Assembly (NCBI GenBank): GCA_001244265.2
Contig: CDLV01000005.1
Span: 2,542,001 to 2,606,000 of the forward strand
Length of the DNA: 64,000 nucleotides
From: Microbotryum violaceum
Lineage: Eukaryota
Direction of reading: 5' to 3'
Shown here in pieces: positions 1 to 11,346 of the stretch. The notes beneath the pieces were generated by a model. It was given only the letters and a program-made list of their open reading frames with translations, had not been told where the DNA came from and searched no databases. The position numbers and the translations under genes are program-made. Numbering within the stretch: position 1 is the stretch's first letter; each line of letters begins with the position of its first letter.

Positions 1-664
1 CGAAGTCGGAACGACAGCCGGTGGTGGTGGTGGAGCTGGTGTTGCTTGCGGTGCCGATGGTCGCATGAACTCTTTGTACTCGTACTTGGCCCTAATGAAG
101 CGTTCCAGAGCTGATTCGCGTTCATTCGAATCGAGTGATGACGGTGGACTGTTTCAGAGCCAAAGCGCACTTGTCTCAGCACCGCGGATTCTGCACTCTT
201 ACCCCCACGACGAGGACCCATCTCGATGGGAACGTACGAATTCATATTCGGGTCCGGATTGAGCAAAGCGTTGGACTTGATGTTGCCCCTGGCTCGCATG
301 TGGGCGACCTGTTCCTTGGACCACACGTCGAGGGTGAGGGACTTGACTCGGCTGATGTGGGTGCCCATCTTGCGATGCAGGCCTGCACATTGTACGCAGA
401 GAAAGACACCTGAAGATGATCGTACAAGGTCGAGGGGTGCAGAGATGAAGTGTTGGCGCCCAAGAAGCAAAGTTGACGATTTCGAAAAGTCAGCTCGGTC
501 TCGGCTTCAGACACCCGGCAGTAGGATTGAGCACACTAACCATGATCCCACGATGCCCATCTCGGATTACTAGCTCTACAATCCGCACACTCCTGATTGC
601 CCGGTTCATGGAGCAGTTCGAGCAGTTGACGCTGGGTACGATCGGCGGCGGTCTTGGATGACAT
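1..664 (-). CDS. ArfGAP domain protein (SMAP/Age2-like), 5' part; runs off the window start
   Basis: Spliced minus strand: exon 664-541 MSSKTAADRTQRQLLELLHEPGNQECADCRASNPRWASWDH, then from 409 GVFLCVQCAGLHRKMGTHISRVKSLTLDVWSKEQV...GNIKSN, then LERFIRAKYEYKEF. This is the C4 zinc finger and catalytic Arg of ArfGAPs. Confidence 0.93.
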
Positions 665-1174
665 GGCAGGACCGCGTTATGGCCGATGTGGCGGTAGACA
701 AGAACCGGGGCCTGCCTTGCGCGTCGTTTCGAGTTGGGGCTCAGTTGAGGTGGAGCATGTAGACGCCAGTCTTTGAGGTCGAGCTTATGATGCAGGTGAC
801 TGCGAGGCTGAATGAGAGTGGACTCAGTAGCTGACTCGACAGGAAACACCGGCCGAACGCCGAACGCCGACGTGCGCCGTGGCCCGTAGACGGAGGATGA
901 TCGCGAAGGCCGATCGCCCGCAGCGGCACGGAGGCAGTGGGAACAGTGCAAGTGTAGTATAGCATACACAGACTCACAACTGTACTGATCGTGCGTGGTT
1001 AATCTCACGAGCGGTACTGAGCCTTATCCACTCTGTCCAGTCGAGACGCAAGTGCGGACCAGAGACAAGAAGCAGCAAGAAGCGCGCCCGGATCAACGAA
1101 ACGAACGAACGACCGACTTTGGCGCTGAGCCTGTCAGCTTCCCTTCTCTCCCGTAACACCATCCCCAGCGCACC

Positions 1175-1856
1175 ATGGACCGCTCGACACTCAGTTCAGA
1201 CCCAGCCTTCGTGGTCGGTCACCCGCATGCCCTTTTCACAGTATGTTCCCCACTACGCCCCGAGCTGACCCCTCCCTCTCTCCCCCCACACACTCTCCAT
1301 CTCCACAGCAAGGCCTCGAGTCCATCTTGGCACCTTACAGAGCCAACGGCGCATCAGAGCACGAGATAGAGCAACTCTCGCAGAGGGCATTCGAATTTTA
1401 CCAACGGCAACAACAACAGTCATCCTCCGCAGCCGAGTTCGCTCAGCAAGAGGCCCAGCAGGAGCGCGGTGCAGCAGGGTCAGTGGTATGCATCCCATAC
1501 GGTGTGTTCGTGCAACTGATCGTTTCCTCGACCTTTGCAGCTCCTCGGATCAAGTCATTGCTTCAGGTGTGTCTTGCTCGTCCCACGACCCCACCTCCGC
1601 CTCCGCAGCACCAGCACCCGCATCCACATCTACACCTTCTACGCAGTCGAATCAGTCAACCCTGCCTACCTCCAGCACTTCCTCTCCCACCCCCGACAAC
1701 CCCCCTTACCCCATCTCATTCACCCAACTCGCGTCACTGATCGCGTCCGGCGCTCCGATCCCGGGCATCAAGGACATTCCCGATCGCTTGAACGAAGGGG
1801 AACCCACTCCGAGTCAGGTCGACCTCAGTGCGGTCAAGAAACCTTGGGAGAAGTGA
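1175..1856 (+). CDS. KPWE-motif protein, PEX39/DUF5572-like peroxisomal PTS2 import factor (3 exons)
   Basis: Spliced: MDRSTLSSDPAFV|QGLESIL...FEFYQR...|...PYPISFTQLASLIASGAPIPGIKDIPD...KKPWEK*. Matches the family layout D.aFq.GL..IL / YP.SF..l..LI..G.PIPGI..IP / KPWE. Confidence 0.8.
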
Positions 1857-2634
1857 GCGTTGCGATCGTAAGGGAGAAACTGCGTTCCGGAGCTGAGCGC
1901 GTGTCGGTGGATCACGTGAGCGGCCTTACGCGGGAGCGAATTGAGACGTATGGCCAAGGGGGTCGAACTAAGCATGAGTCATACCATAGGCATACAAACA
2001 AATGCCCGCTAGGCGGAGGAAGGTTTGTCGAGCGTATGACGCGAGTAATAGGTTGGTGTTCTCTCCAGAGTTTTCGGTTGTCGTGATCGGGGCGTGCTCA
2101 AGTTTGTAGCAGGTGCAGGGCGATCAGAGTTGAATATTGCATGGTCGCTCCCAAAGAAACGAACTCATGTTGTAATTTAACACCTACGGCCCCTCTTTGC
2201 AAAACTCTTCTGACCCAGTGCAGATTTCGGTTCGGTCTGCCCAGTGCCCAGCTGAGTGCTGTGGCGAGCGTGACCGAAGGCGCGGTTCGCGGTGTCCGGC
2301 GTGTTGGTTTTGGGGGCGTGCGAGCAGACGCGCTTCGCTGGGCGGCCTGCATTCCGGCTTTCGGTTCGACACACCACACCGACCGACCGACACCAGGTAC
2401 TTGCTACCTCCGCCAATACCCTTTCGTCATCCCCCCCCCTTGCATTCGACCCCATCGCCACGCTCTACCCGTTGTAGAAGCTACACCACTTTGTCCTCTC
2501 TCGTCTACGCGCCAAGTCGTTCGTTTGCCGCGCATCGCTCTCCGTTCCCTTGGCTCGTACACCAGTCGCCAGTCGCCAATCGCCCCGCCGCCGCCGTCGC
2601 CGTCGCACGAACGATCCCCGGTCGCTTGATCACG

Positions 2635-4683
2635 ATGGTCTCGCAACATCAACGCCCCCGACCGAGAACGTCGCCGCTCTTGTGTCTCTCGTTGGCCTGT
2701 GCATCCGTAGTCGAGGTCCGTCTCTTTCTACCGAATGAGAGTGAGATCGGGTTGGCTGACGCTGCATCATCCGTGATCTGTGTGTGTGTCCGATCGAATC
2801 GCTGCCTGTGCTCTCCCACTCACCTCGCCCGTCCACCACACCCCGCCGCCTTGCCCTCCGCACGCGCCGCGCCGCGCCACGCCTACCACACCACACACAC
2901 GCCTCGGGGCAACAACGACCACACCTCCGCCCGTACCACCACCGTCACGCACACTATACCACATCAAACCCACACCACACCACTCTGCACACCTTCCAGG
3001 CCGCTCTGACACTGCAAGCGCCCGCCACTTTGACCACATGCCAACCAGCTTCTTTCAACTGGACAGGTGGACTGCCCTATTACACCCTCAACGGTCAGTC
3101 GGTCGTCCGGACTCCGACCGCCGCGCGAGCCAAATCACCGAGGCCATGGCCGACGCACGCAACACACTAACAATCCTTCTTCCTGCTAACCTTTCTGACA
3201 CAGTCGGTCCTCAGGGCAACACCAACCTCGAACAATACGTCCTCACCACCAAAGCCTATGACTGGCAAGTCGACTACCCCGCCGGGACCATCGTCAACGT
3301 CCGACTCGACTCGGGGGCCGTCAGTCCATTTCCTTCATCTGGCTCCATCTCAGCTCCATCTGTCGGCCGGTCCTGACTCTGCCTTTAAAAATTCGGACAG
3401 GCCTATGCACCCGCTTATTCCTATTCCGGTAGCATGATCGTGCAAGCGGGCACAGATAACTCTTGGTTGGTCCCTCCGTTACCCTCGCAGTGAGAACACG
3501 CGCTTATTGAAACTCTATCTCGACCGTCTTGCAGTGTCCCTGCGTCGCACCAAAACCTCTCCACCTCCGCCACCCTCACCAAGTGAGTTCACGTCCGACG
3601 CGGGGTTCCTCGAAGCCCGAGTTCTTGTGCTGATCTGATTCTGCTCCTCTTCTGCAGTCCTGTAAGCGACCCCTGACCAAATGATAGCTACCCATCTCCC
3701 ATATTTTGGAGCCAGAGCTGACCTCAGACCCCTCTCTCCGCGGCACTCAAGATCACTTTCACGACCGTGCCGACGAACCTCTCGTCCTGCACGTCGGCCA
3801 CTTGGGCGTGGACGGGTGGATCCGCCCCTTACACCGTCACTTGTACTTCTTCATTTCCCTATCGATGGTTCACATTCACTGGCCATCCTCACTTACAGAT
3901 GCCCTCGTACTTCCGCAGTCATTGCCCTCGACTCGGCCGGTATGGCCGACACTTTCACCACCAACTCACCGACCTACACCTGGGCACCGACCTACCCCGG
4001 AGGTGCGTTGCAAAACTCGTCCCGTCAGGATAATTTGGTGCACGAGGCAAGGGTGTGGATGTTGATCCTTTTCTGATCGGTTTGACAGGTGTCACACTCT
4101 TGATGACGGTTGCCCCTGGGAGCTACGTCAATTCGCAGCAAGCCTTCTTCAAGACCATGTACATCTACAATGGCACCGACAGCTCTTGGTCAGCCTCTTT
4201 CACGTGCCGCTTACCCGACTAGAGTTGAGCGCTGGATCTGACCAAACCGAGAGTTGTCACAGCGTCACGCAACAACACCTCCAAAACGCGACGCGCACCT
4301 CGCCCCCTCCTTATGTCGCGCCCGCTGTTTCGAGCTCGACCCGATCCCCCAAGCCGACGGCGACGGCCTTTGTTTCGGGCAACCGAGCCACGGTCCAAAA
4401 TTCGCTTTCGGCCGGAGCGATTGCCGGCATCGTCGTCGGTATTCTCGGCCTCGGGTTGATCTACCTCAGCTTCTTCATCATCCGACGACGACAACAGAGG
4501 AACAAGATGCGTTTCGGCAACGACGGTACCCCCTCGTCCTTAATGAGGTTGGACAGCATCGAGGTTGAGCAGGAACAGAGACCCGTTTTGGGTGGACGTC
4601 AGGGGCCTTCGACCGGTGCTTCGGGTTCGAGTGGAGCCGCTCGACCGGCGGGTGGGAATGCACCGAGCGTGTTGAGGAAATAA
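2635..4683 (+). CDS. Secreted type I membrane protein with two tandem Cys-bounded Ser/Thr-rich extracellular domains, one TM helix and a cytoplasmic tail
   Basis: Signal-like N-terminus (PLLCLSLACASVVE). Domain 1 is TLTTCQPASFNWTGGLPYYTL...YDWQVDYPAGT...AGTDNSC; domain 2 is NLSSCTSATWAWTGGSAPYTV...YTWAPTYPGG...NGTDSSC. TM GAIAGIVVGILGLGLIYLSFFII is followed by RRRQQRNK. About 10 exons. Confidence 0.75.
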
Positions 4684-5495
4684 GAATAGACATATTTGCG
4701 ACAGACTCTCATTTTCGCATCATCCCACGTCTTGTTTTGTTGCGATTCCCCTTCTCAACCGCATCATTCTCTGATCCATGTTCTTCATCGCGCCACCTTA
4801 CCAACCTCTTGCTCTCTTTCTTCTCTACGCACATACACACCCCTACATACATCGCTCGTCTTTCTCTTTGCATAGTCTTTCGTTAACCATTTCATTTCTT
4901 CTCCTCTTACGTTCCGTCGCTTGTGAAATGGACATGGTGCTCTCTTCTCTCGGCTACTCTTCTAGCGCTGGTAGACTGAAAAGCGGAGACGCCGATAGGG
5001 TGTAAGCCCTTCAAGATATGAGATACATGGTGTGAGGAAAAAAGAGCAGCTACTATGAGAACACCATCTGTGATTGTTTGCTCCTGTGTGCAAGAAATAA
5101 AGTCCCAATTGCCACCCTAATAGTACTACTGAGCATTCGAGTCACTTGCCCCCCCGCCCAGCCTTGGCGCGATCGACCCGTGCAGCTAAAGCGGGTTGTA
5201 ATTTTGGGTGTGAAATTGGTGAAAGGCTTGAAAGCTTGTTGCTTGGCATGCTGATGGTTTGGACAAAAATGTAGTCGAAAACGTCGCATAGGGTTCACTT
5301 GGATAGCACGACCCGTTGAAGAGGATACTGGCAGAGAGCATCGGAATCTAGGCAGTCCAAACAGCTAAAAATGAGTAAGGCTCTCGTGGGGCGATGGAAA
5401 GAAAACCCTGCACCGCCACAATATCGAACGTCGAACATAGCACATAATGGCATTACTGCTGGTATTACACTGCTCATACTAAGACGGTCGCAGGC

Positions 5496-6639
5496 TCAAT
5501 GATTCAGCTGCCAACAGAGCGTAAGCGTAGAGGTGAGCATCATCAGCTAGGTCGATCAAGGCACTTTTGTCATTTTCGTTTTAGCAGACCCACAGTGTTG
5601 AAAAGCCGGTCACCACTGTCGCCCAAACCGGGTAGAATCATGCCGTCCACAGTCAACTGCCGGAAAAAATCAAAAGAAGAAGAGTTCAGGAGGGCCGATC
5701 GGCGAAAGCCAGGAGTCGAGGAATGAGCCCAAGCCTGCTCTGATTCGTGAATTCGGCTGTTTGGACTTTGGACTCACCTCTTGATCGACCTGGCCAACCC
5801 ACAAGTTCAACCCCGGAAAAGCCTTCAGGACGTTATCAGCCCCCACCTGACTCGCGACCAATCCGATCAACTTGAGGTCCTCGACCTTCATCCCCCACTC
5901 CAAAAGCATCTCCACCGCGGCGATCGCTGTCCCTCCAGTCGCGATGAGAGGATCGAGGATGAAGAGCTGGTCGATCGTCGGTTGAGGGGGCAGTTTCTGG
6001 TAGTACTCGATGGGTTGTAGAGATATTTTCTCGCGGAATAAGCCAAGGTAGAAGACCTGAGCGGTTGGGAAGAGGAAGAGGAGTGCTGGGAAGCCGAACG
6101 TTTGGGAGTTGAACCGAGGCCGGTGGCATGAGAGTGTGGGGGCCGGGACGTTGGGCGGTGTGGCATGTGGGGTGGCAGGGGGGAACGTTTGGTGTTCGGC
6201 GGGCGGGCGGGGCAAAAGGCAGAGGTCCGAGAGGTTAGCTCTCAGGTATCAAGTACGATTGACGATTGTCATGGATGAGATCCAGTGGCTCATGCATGCA
6301 CGTACCATCAGTCATGCCTATCCCGGCCCTCAGGATGGGGGAGATACCAATCTTAGCGGCAATCTCGTGGCCTTCGAACCGAGCGACAGGTGATGACAGC
6401 TACCGCGATCAATGCACGACACAACGTAGAGACCCATCAGCATCAGAAAACATGGCAAGCCATTGTTCATCGCTCACGTTAGGTACGACGCGCGTCTCCA
6501 AGTCCCTCGACGCCTCGATCGCCATCATGGTCGATAGCTCCGACACCAACCGACGAAAGTCGGCCGAAGTCGTCTTTGCGTCCCTTAATTGGGTCAGCTT
6601 GTGCGATAGAATCGGATGTGAGACAACGTGCAGTGGCAT
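5496..6639 (-). CDS. FUR1: Uracil phosphoribosyltransferase
   Basis: HPILSHKLTQLRD..TTSADFR, PILRAGIGM, GLFREK, PRPP motif ILDPLIATGGT and C-terminal GMILPGLGDSGDRLFNT. The exact last exon is uncertain (stop at 5496 or ~5570). Confidence 0.93.
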
Positions 6640-7013
6640 CGCTTCTGGAGAGTGGAGCTAGGCTTCGGGTGAGTCTTGGATCACGTGGACTGCTTGATTC
6701 GTAGCGGAGAGTCAAGAGGGGAGGGCCCGGCGGTGGGGGCCGTGACCTCGTCCGCCCGATCGCAATCTCGCCCGAACGGTGAACTCGGCCGAACTGGGCC
6801 GTGAGTCTTTTGGAATCCGGTCCGTGTCGTGAAGTTTCAGGACGCCCTGAAAGACAGCGAACAAGTCCAAGAAAAAGGCAAGGGGATGTGTACAACAGCA
6901 AGAAAAACACGACGGTGAATACCCTTCAAAATGAAAGCAAGTTGTACAAGAAGAACGGTGCACCCGATCCTAACTCGAGGGGGTCCGAGCGTCACGCTTG
7001 TGCCAACCCTAGA

Positions 7014-8064
7014 TCATGCTGATTTGGCAGCACCGGCCTGAACACCCGACTTGGCTTCGTATTCGAGCCAAGATCCTGTGTAGTTCCTTACTCTATGGAT
7101 GTCGATCCAGGTCGTTCAATATTATTAGCGACTCCCTCCGGGCTGTCACGGGACCGGCCAACTCACCTTGAAAAGCCTGCACCACTGGCCAAATCAGCCG
7201 CGATCGTACTCCTTCTGCCCGAACGGCAATACAGAACAATCTTTTCCTCGATGCCAGGTTTGGGGAATCCATAGGTCCGCATAAAATCAACTGCAAGGAT
7301 GACACAGCCCAGGTTCGGTGAGGTAGGTCTCATCGCGCATCGATCGTGGACGAGTAAGGCCCCCTCAAACGGACCTTGATCTTTGGAAAGGGCTTGTTCG
7401 AATATGGATAAAGGGAGGTTCTTGGAATTGAGGATGTGCCCGCTCTCAAAATCGGGTGCTTCTCGAACGTCTGTCCATGGGTGAAGACAAGACTCCTCGG
7501 TCAGTCTCGGGGATCCGGGGAAAGGTCGGCCTCCTAACTTTGATGCCGAGGGGGTTGATGATAACACGATAAGAGCGAGCTGAGGCGGGACGAGCCGGAG
7601 TCAATCGACTAACCAATGAGAATGACTCCCTATCAAGAGCAATGGAACCGGGATCAGCTACCCATGGATTTCCTCGAAAAAGGATGCCCTCCTACCCCGA
7701 AGCTCGGCGGTGTTCGCAATCATTCCCTCGTGGTGCCTCCGCTAACAGGAACTCGACTCACCGATTCGGTATCCTCGCTCCATCTTTTGACTTGCTCGTA
7801 CGTGATCTCCTCCTCGACGTTCCAAGGGACGTCCTTCTTGTCGTCTTCGACCACCGTAGGCATACCGCCAGAGCTCTGGACTGCTAAACTAGGCTCGGTG
7901 ACGTGGAGCGCCGGGGTTGAAGAGCGGCCACGGACGTGCATCGAACGAGTATGGAACGTGGCAATGTGCGGGCTCGAGTCAGTTCAACCGTGATGCACGG
8001 CTTGTAGCAACAGCTGCAGTCACGGCCAATGATGATCGACTTACGCAGGTGGATAATCAGGCAT
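7014..8064 (-). CDS. Single-domain rhodanese (thiosulfate sulfurtransferase) paralog 1, no mitochondrial presequence
   Basis: Spliced: EEITYEQVKRW..|GVILI|DVREAPDFESGHILNSKNLPL..|DFMRTYGFPKP..IVLYCRSGRRS..|VRNYTGSWLEY. The start at 8064 (MPDYPPA|LAVQ) is tentative. Confidence 0.85.
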
Positions 8065-8537
8065 CGACGCTGATGCTAGAGAACAAGAGGGAGCTCACTG
8101 TTCCGGTCTGTGGCAGCCGAGTCGCGCGCGAAGGCTCGGAAGGGTTCGGGACCGCTCGGTTGATTTCGAAAGCTGATCGGCGCACCGGCATATTCGAGGG
8201 TGCAGTGTGTCGCAGGCTCCGTACGGCGGTGAAAGGTGGGTCTCTTTCTCCCCGGTGTTTCAAAGTGGCTCTTTCCTTCGTCACCGATAAGGCACATTCC
8301 AAGTTATGCCCCGTCCTGGGGATTTTTGGAGAGGCCGGTCACACATAGTTGAGTTTTCGTGAGGACCTTCTCAGTCGTTTCGGCCATCGTTCGGGGCATC
8401 GATTTGTCTTACATAAGAGCCGGTACTTCAACAAAATTGGCGAGCGGTCATAACGACATATCAGGATGTCAACTCCAGCCACTTCTGCCGTATATCCTTC
8501 GGGTTCCGATATTCCAAACGTTGGTCATAGCACGGGT

Positions 8538-9489
8538 TCAGTCATCATCATGAGCATTGGCCTGGTCCTTTGCGATCCAGTCGGCGTAGCTGCCCTCGTA
8601 GTTTCTCAAACTGAACCCGGTGATCACGGCTATGTCAGCCTCTCGGCTACAATAACATTTAAACACGTGCGGTGAGTAGGACTGACTGCTTATAGCCGGC
8701 CTTCTTGGCAAGGTCGATTGCAGTCTGAGCCCTCACGCCGGCCTTGCAGAAGAAGACGATGGGTTGCAACTTGGTTGGTTTCCTGAATCCATGTTTCTTG
8801 ACAAAGTCACCTGGTCGCGGATCAAAGCCAAAGTCGAGTCGGTGAGTACGACATGTCCCAAGCTGAGCCCCTCAAGAAAGCCTCCGATCTGAAGCAGTGG
8901 CAAAGCTGACCTTCGTCCATGGAAAGTGACTTTTCGAACGAGGACAATGGCAAAGGTACGGCCGAAGGAATTGTGCCTTGGACGACCTCGTTGGGCTCAC
9001 GCACATCTGTACGAGTCCCAGGAGCATGGAAGATGACGAAATCAGCATCAGCAGACGTAGCGACGAGCGAGATTGGGAGCCATATCGACACAAGCTATAG
9101 CAAACCACTCACCAATCAGCAAAATATCCTGGATTTGATGAACAGGTTATTACAAAGAGCAATCGATGCATCAGCAGGCAAGTCTTCGAGCTCGAACAAG
9201 CCCAAGTGGGGCGGCAAGAGCAACCGCGTCAAGCTCAAGGGGCACTCACATCGTTCGGTGCCTCGGTGATGGGCTTGAGTTCCTCATACGTAATGGGCAC
9301 GCCCTTGGCGAACTTTGTGATGTCCTGAAATCGCCACTGGATCGACGACGATGTGAAGGAGCGTAGCACCGACTGAGGGGGGCTCCATTGAGATCGTGCG
9401 AGGAGAGGGTGAGCGGTGGGAATGACGCCACGTCGGGTGGCACGAGGAAGCTGCGTCAAGATGGGTCGAAAGAGGGCGCGAGTAGACAT
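8538..9489 (-). CDS. Single-domain rhodanese paralog 2 with mitochondrial presequence (RDL2-like)
   Basis: Arg-rich presequence MSTRALFRPILTQLPRATRR..LRSFTSSSIQWR; ITYEELK|DILLI|DVREPNEVVQGTIPSAVPLPL|DFVKKHGFRKP..IVFFCKAGVRA|LRNYEGSYADW. Confidence 0.9.
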
Positions 9490-9602
9490 GTTGGAGTTTG
9501 GTGGTCTCGACAGGTGGTGGTGGTGGTGGTGGGGGGTGTGGGGCGGCGGCAAAGAGGGTCAGGAACAACTCGCCGTGACTTCGTCGATCGTCAGTCAGCT
9601 AG

Positions 9603-9644
9603 TCAGTACTCAGTACTCAGCGCTCAGCGCTCAGCGCTCAGTGC
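9603..9644. repeat. 7-bp tandem repeat (TCAGTAC/TCAGCGC) x6 in the divergent promoter between rhodanese 2 and the PalI/Sur7 gene
   Basis: tcagtac tcagtac tcagcgc tcagcgc tcagcgc tcagtgc, read directly. Confidence 0.85.
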
Positions 9645-9815
9645 CGGTAGTGCGCCGGTGGGCTAGACCGGGTTGATATTCATTGAATTTGTAGGTGACG
9701 TCGAAGAGATCTAGCAAGATGATATACCCCTGAAGAGCGCCTTACGTTTATGTGGAAAATTGAGTCTCATTTTCTCGTGGTATTTCGGTAGCTCTTTCGA
9801 TCGCTCACCCTAGAC

Positions 9816-9823
9816 TGACGTCA
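9816..9823. promoter_or_regulatory. Perfect CRE/ATF-type palindrome TGACGTCA (near-match TGACGTCG at 9696-9703)
   Basis: Motif seen in the intergenic region between divergent genes; function is inferred only. Confidence 0.3.
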
Positions 9824-10090
9824 TGGCACCCTGCGGACCGTCGGAGCCCCGAGCGGAGAGGAGCTCGTCCTTCCGAGTTACTGCCCGCCTGCCGCCTGCC
9901 CTTCACCATCTCGCCTCTTCAATCAAGCTCTTGTTTGAGATCCATACCTCATACACTGAGCTTTCTTACGACTCGTAAGACTATTACTGCAGCGTTCCAG
10001 GTCAAGCCTACCTCTGAAGACTTCCGATTCGGCCACCACCTCGCCTGCTCGGTGGTACGACATAGTTCTCGGCGCAAGCTTACACACACG

Positions 10091-11346
10091 ATGGTCAATC
10101 CAGCATCACGTGCGACTCGATTGACCACAGCGTTCTTGCTATTTGTGTCGTTCGCACTTCTGCTCATCGTCTCGGTCGGTTGCCCCGTGTGGAACAACAT
10201 CGTGTTGGCGCGAGGCTACTGGTCCCCGCTCTGGAGTGAGTGCAGCGCCTGCTTGACCCAGCGCCAGTCCTACTAGTATTAGCGCGCCAAAGCACTTCGG
10301 CTAAAGGGGCTGACCTCCCCCATTCCTGATGTACCTCAATAGCCGACCCCAACGTCGCTGGTCATCAAGTGAGATACGGGTTGTGGGGCTACTGCAACGG
10401 CCTTTACGGCTGCACCAAGTCCACGCTCGGCTACGCTCGTGGCTGGCCCAATTCTCCGATCAGCTCCACTTCGCTCGGCCGCGTGTCCAAGGCATTCGTC
10501 GTCCTCCCCGTGGCTTGTGGTTTAACGTTCGTCGCGTTTGTGATGGCCCTTCTGTTGCCCTTGTCCATGCTTGCAGCGGCTCTGCTGTCAAGTTTCTGGG
10601 CCTGGTTGGCGACCTTTGTCGGTTTCGGTGTAAGTCCCCAGGGTGACTGAACCCGAGTACTCCCCGAGGATAGCACTCGCCTCACACAGCGAAAATCTGC
10701 CCAACAGATCCACTTAGGCTTCAGTACCTCCCTCCGAAACCGTCTCTGGGATACTCCCGGGATCGTACGCGCCCATGTCGGCAACTCGCTCTGGCTCGTC
10801 CTGACCTCGCTCATTCTTACCATGGTCGCCTCGATCATGCTCTGCACTCGTCGCGAAGACTACCGCAAGTCCAAGTTCATCAGCGGTCACGAGGACCTCA
10901 ATTATGGTGTAGACGGGGTAGACAGGACGTCCGAATCCCATCTCATGCCTGCGTTGCCAACGGGAAAAGCGTGGTGGGCTCGACGCAACCGTGACAGCGG
11001 CGCCACGGGTAGCACTCACCCTGAGATGCTCGATCGCAATGTTCCCACTCAATCCGACTCGGACCACGTGTGGCGACGGACCTCAGCCGCTAACGAGCAA
11101 GAGCGCCAGCCTGTTTCTCCTCCCACTCCAACGGCGATCCAGCCTCCGACGATGACGCAGTACGCCGCCCCTCAAGCTGCTGAAGTCACGCGCCAGACCG
11201 CTCAGGGGCCACCCACGACGGCTCGCACGGAGCCTTCTGTCGTCAGCGCTCCCACGACGTCGGGGACGGAGACGCTACCGCCTCAAAAGCGTTCAATCGG
11301 AAATCCCCCGCCCTCCGTTCAGCACTGGACCGTTCCCACCGCTTGA
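10091..11346 (+). CDS. SUR7/PalI (Rim9-like) four-TM membrane protein
   Basis: N-terminal TM FLLFVSFALLLIVSVGCP, signature RYGLWGYC..C...LGY, three further TMs (VLPVACGLTFVAF.., LLSSFWAWLATFVGF, GNSLWLVLTSLIL) and a long hydrophilic tail; 3 exons. Confidence 0.88.
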
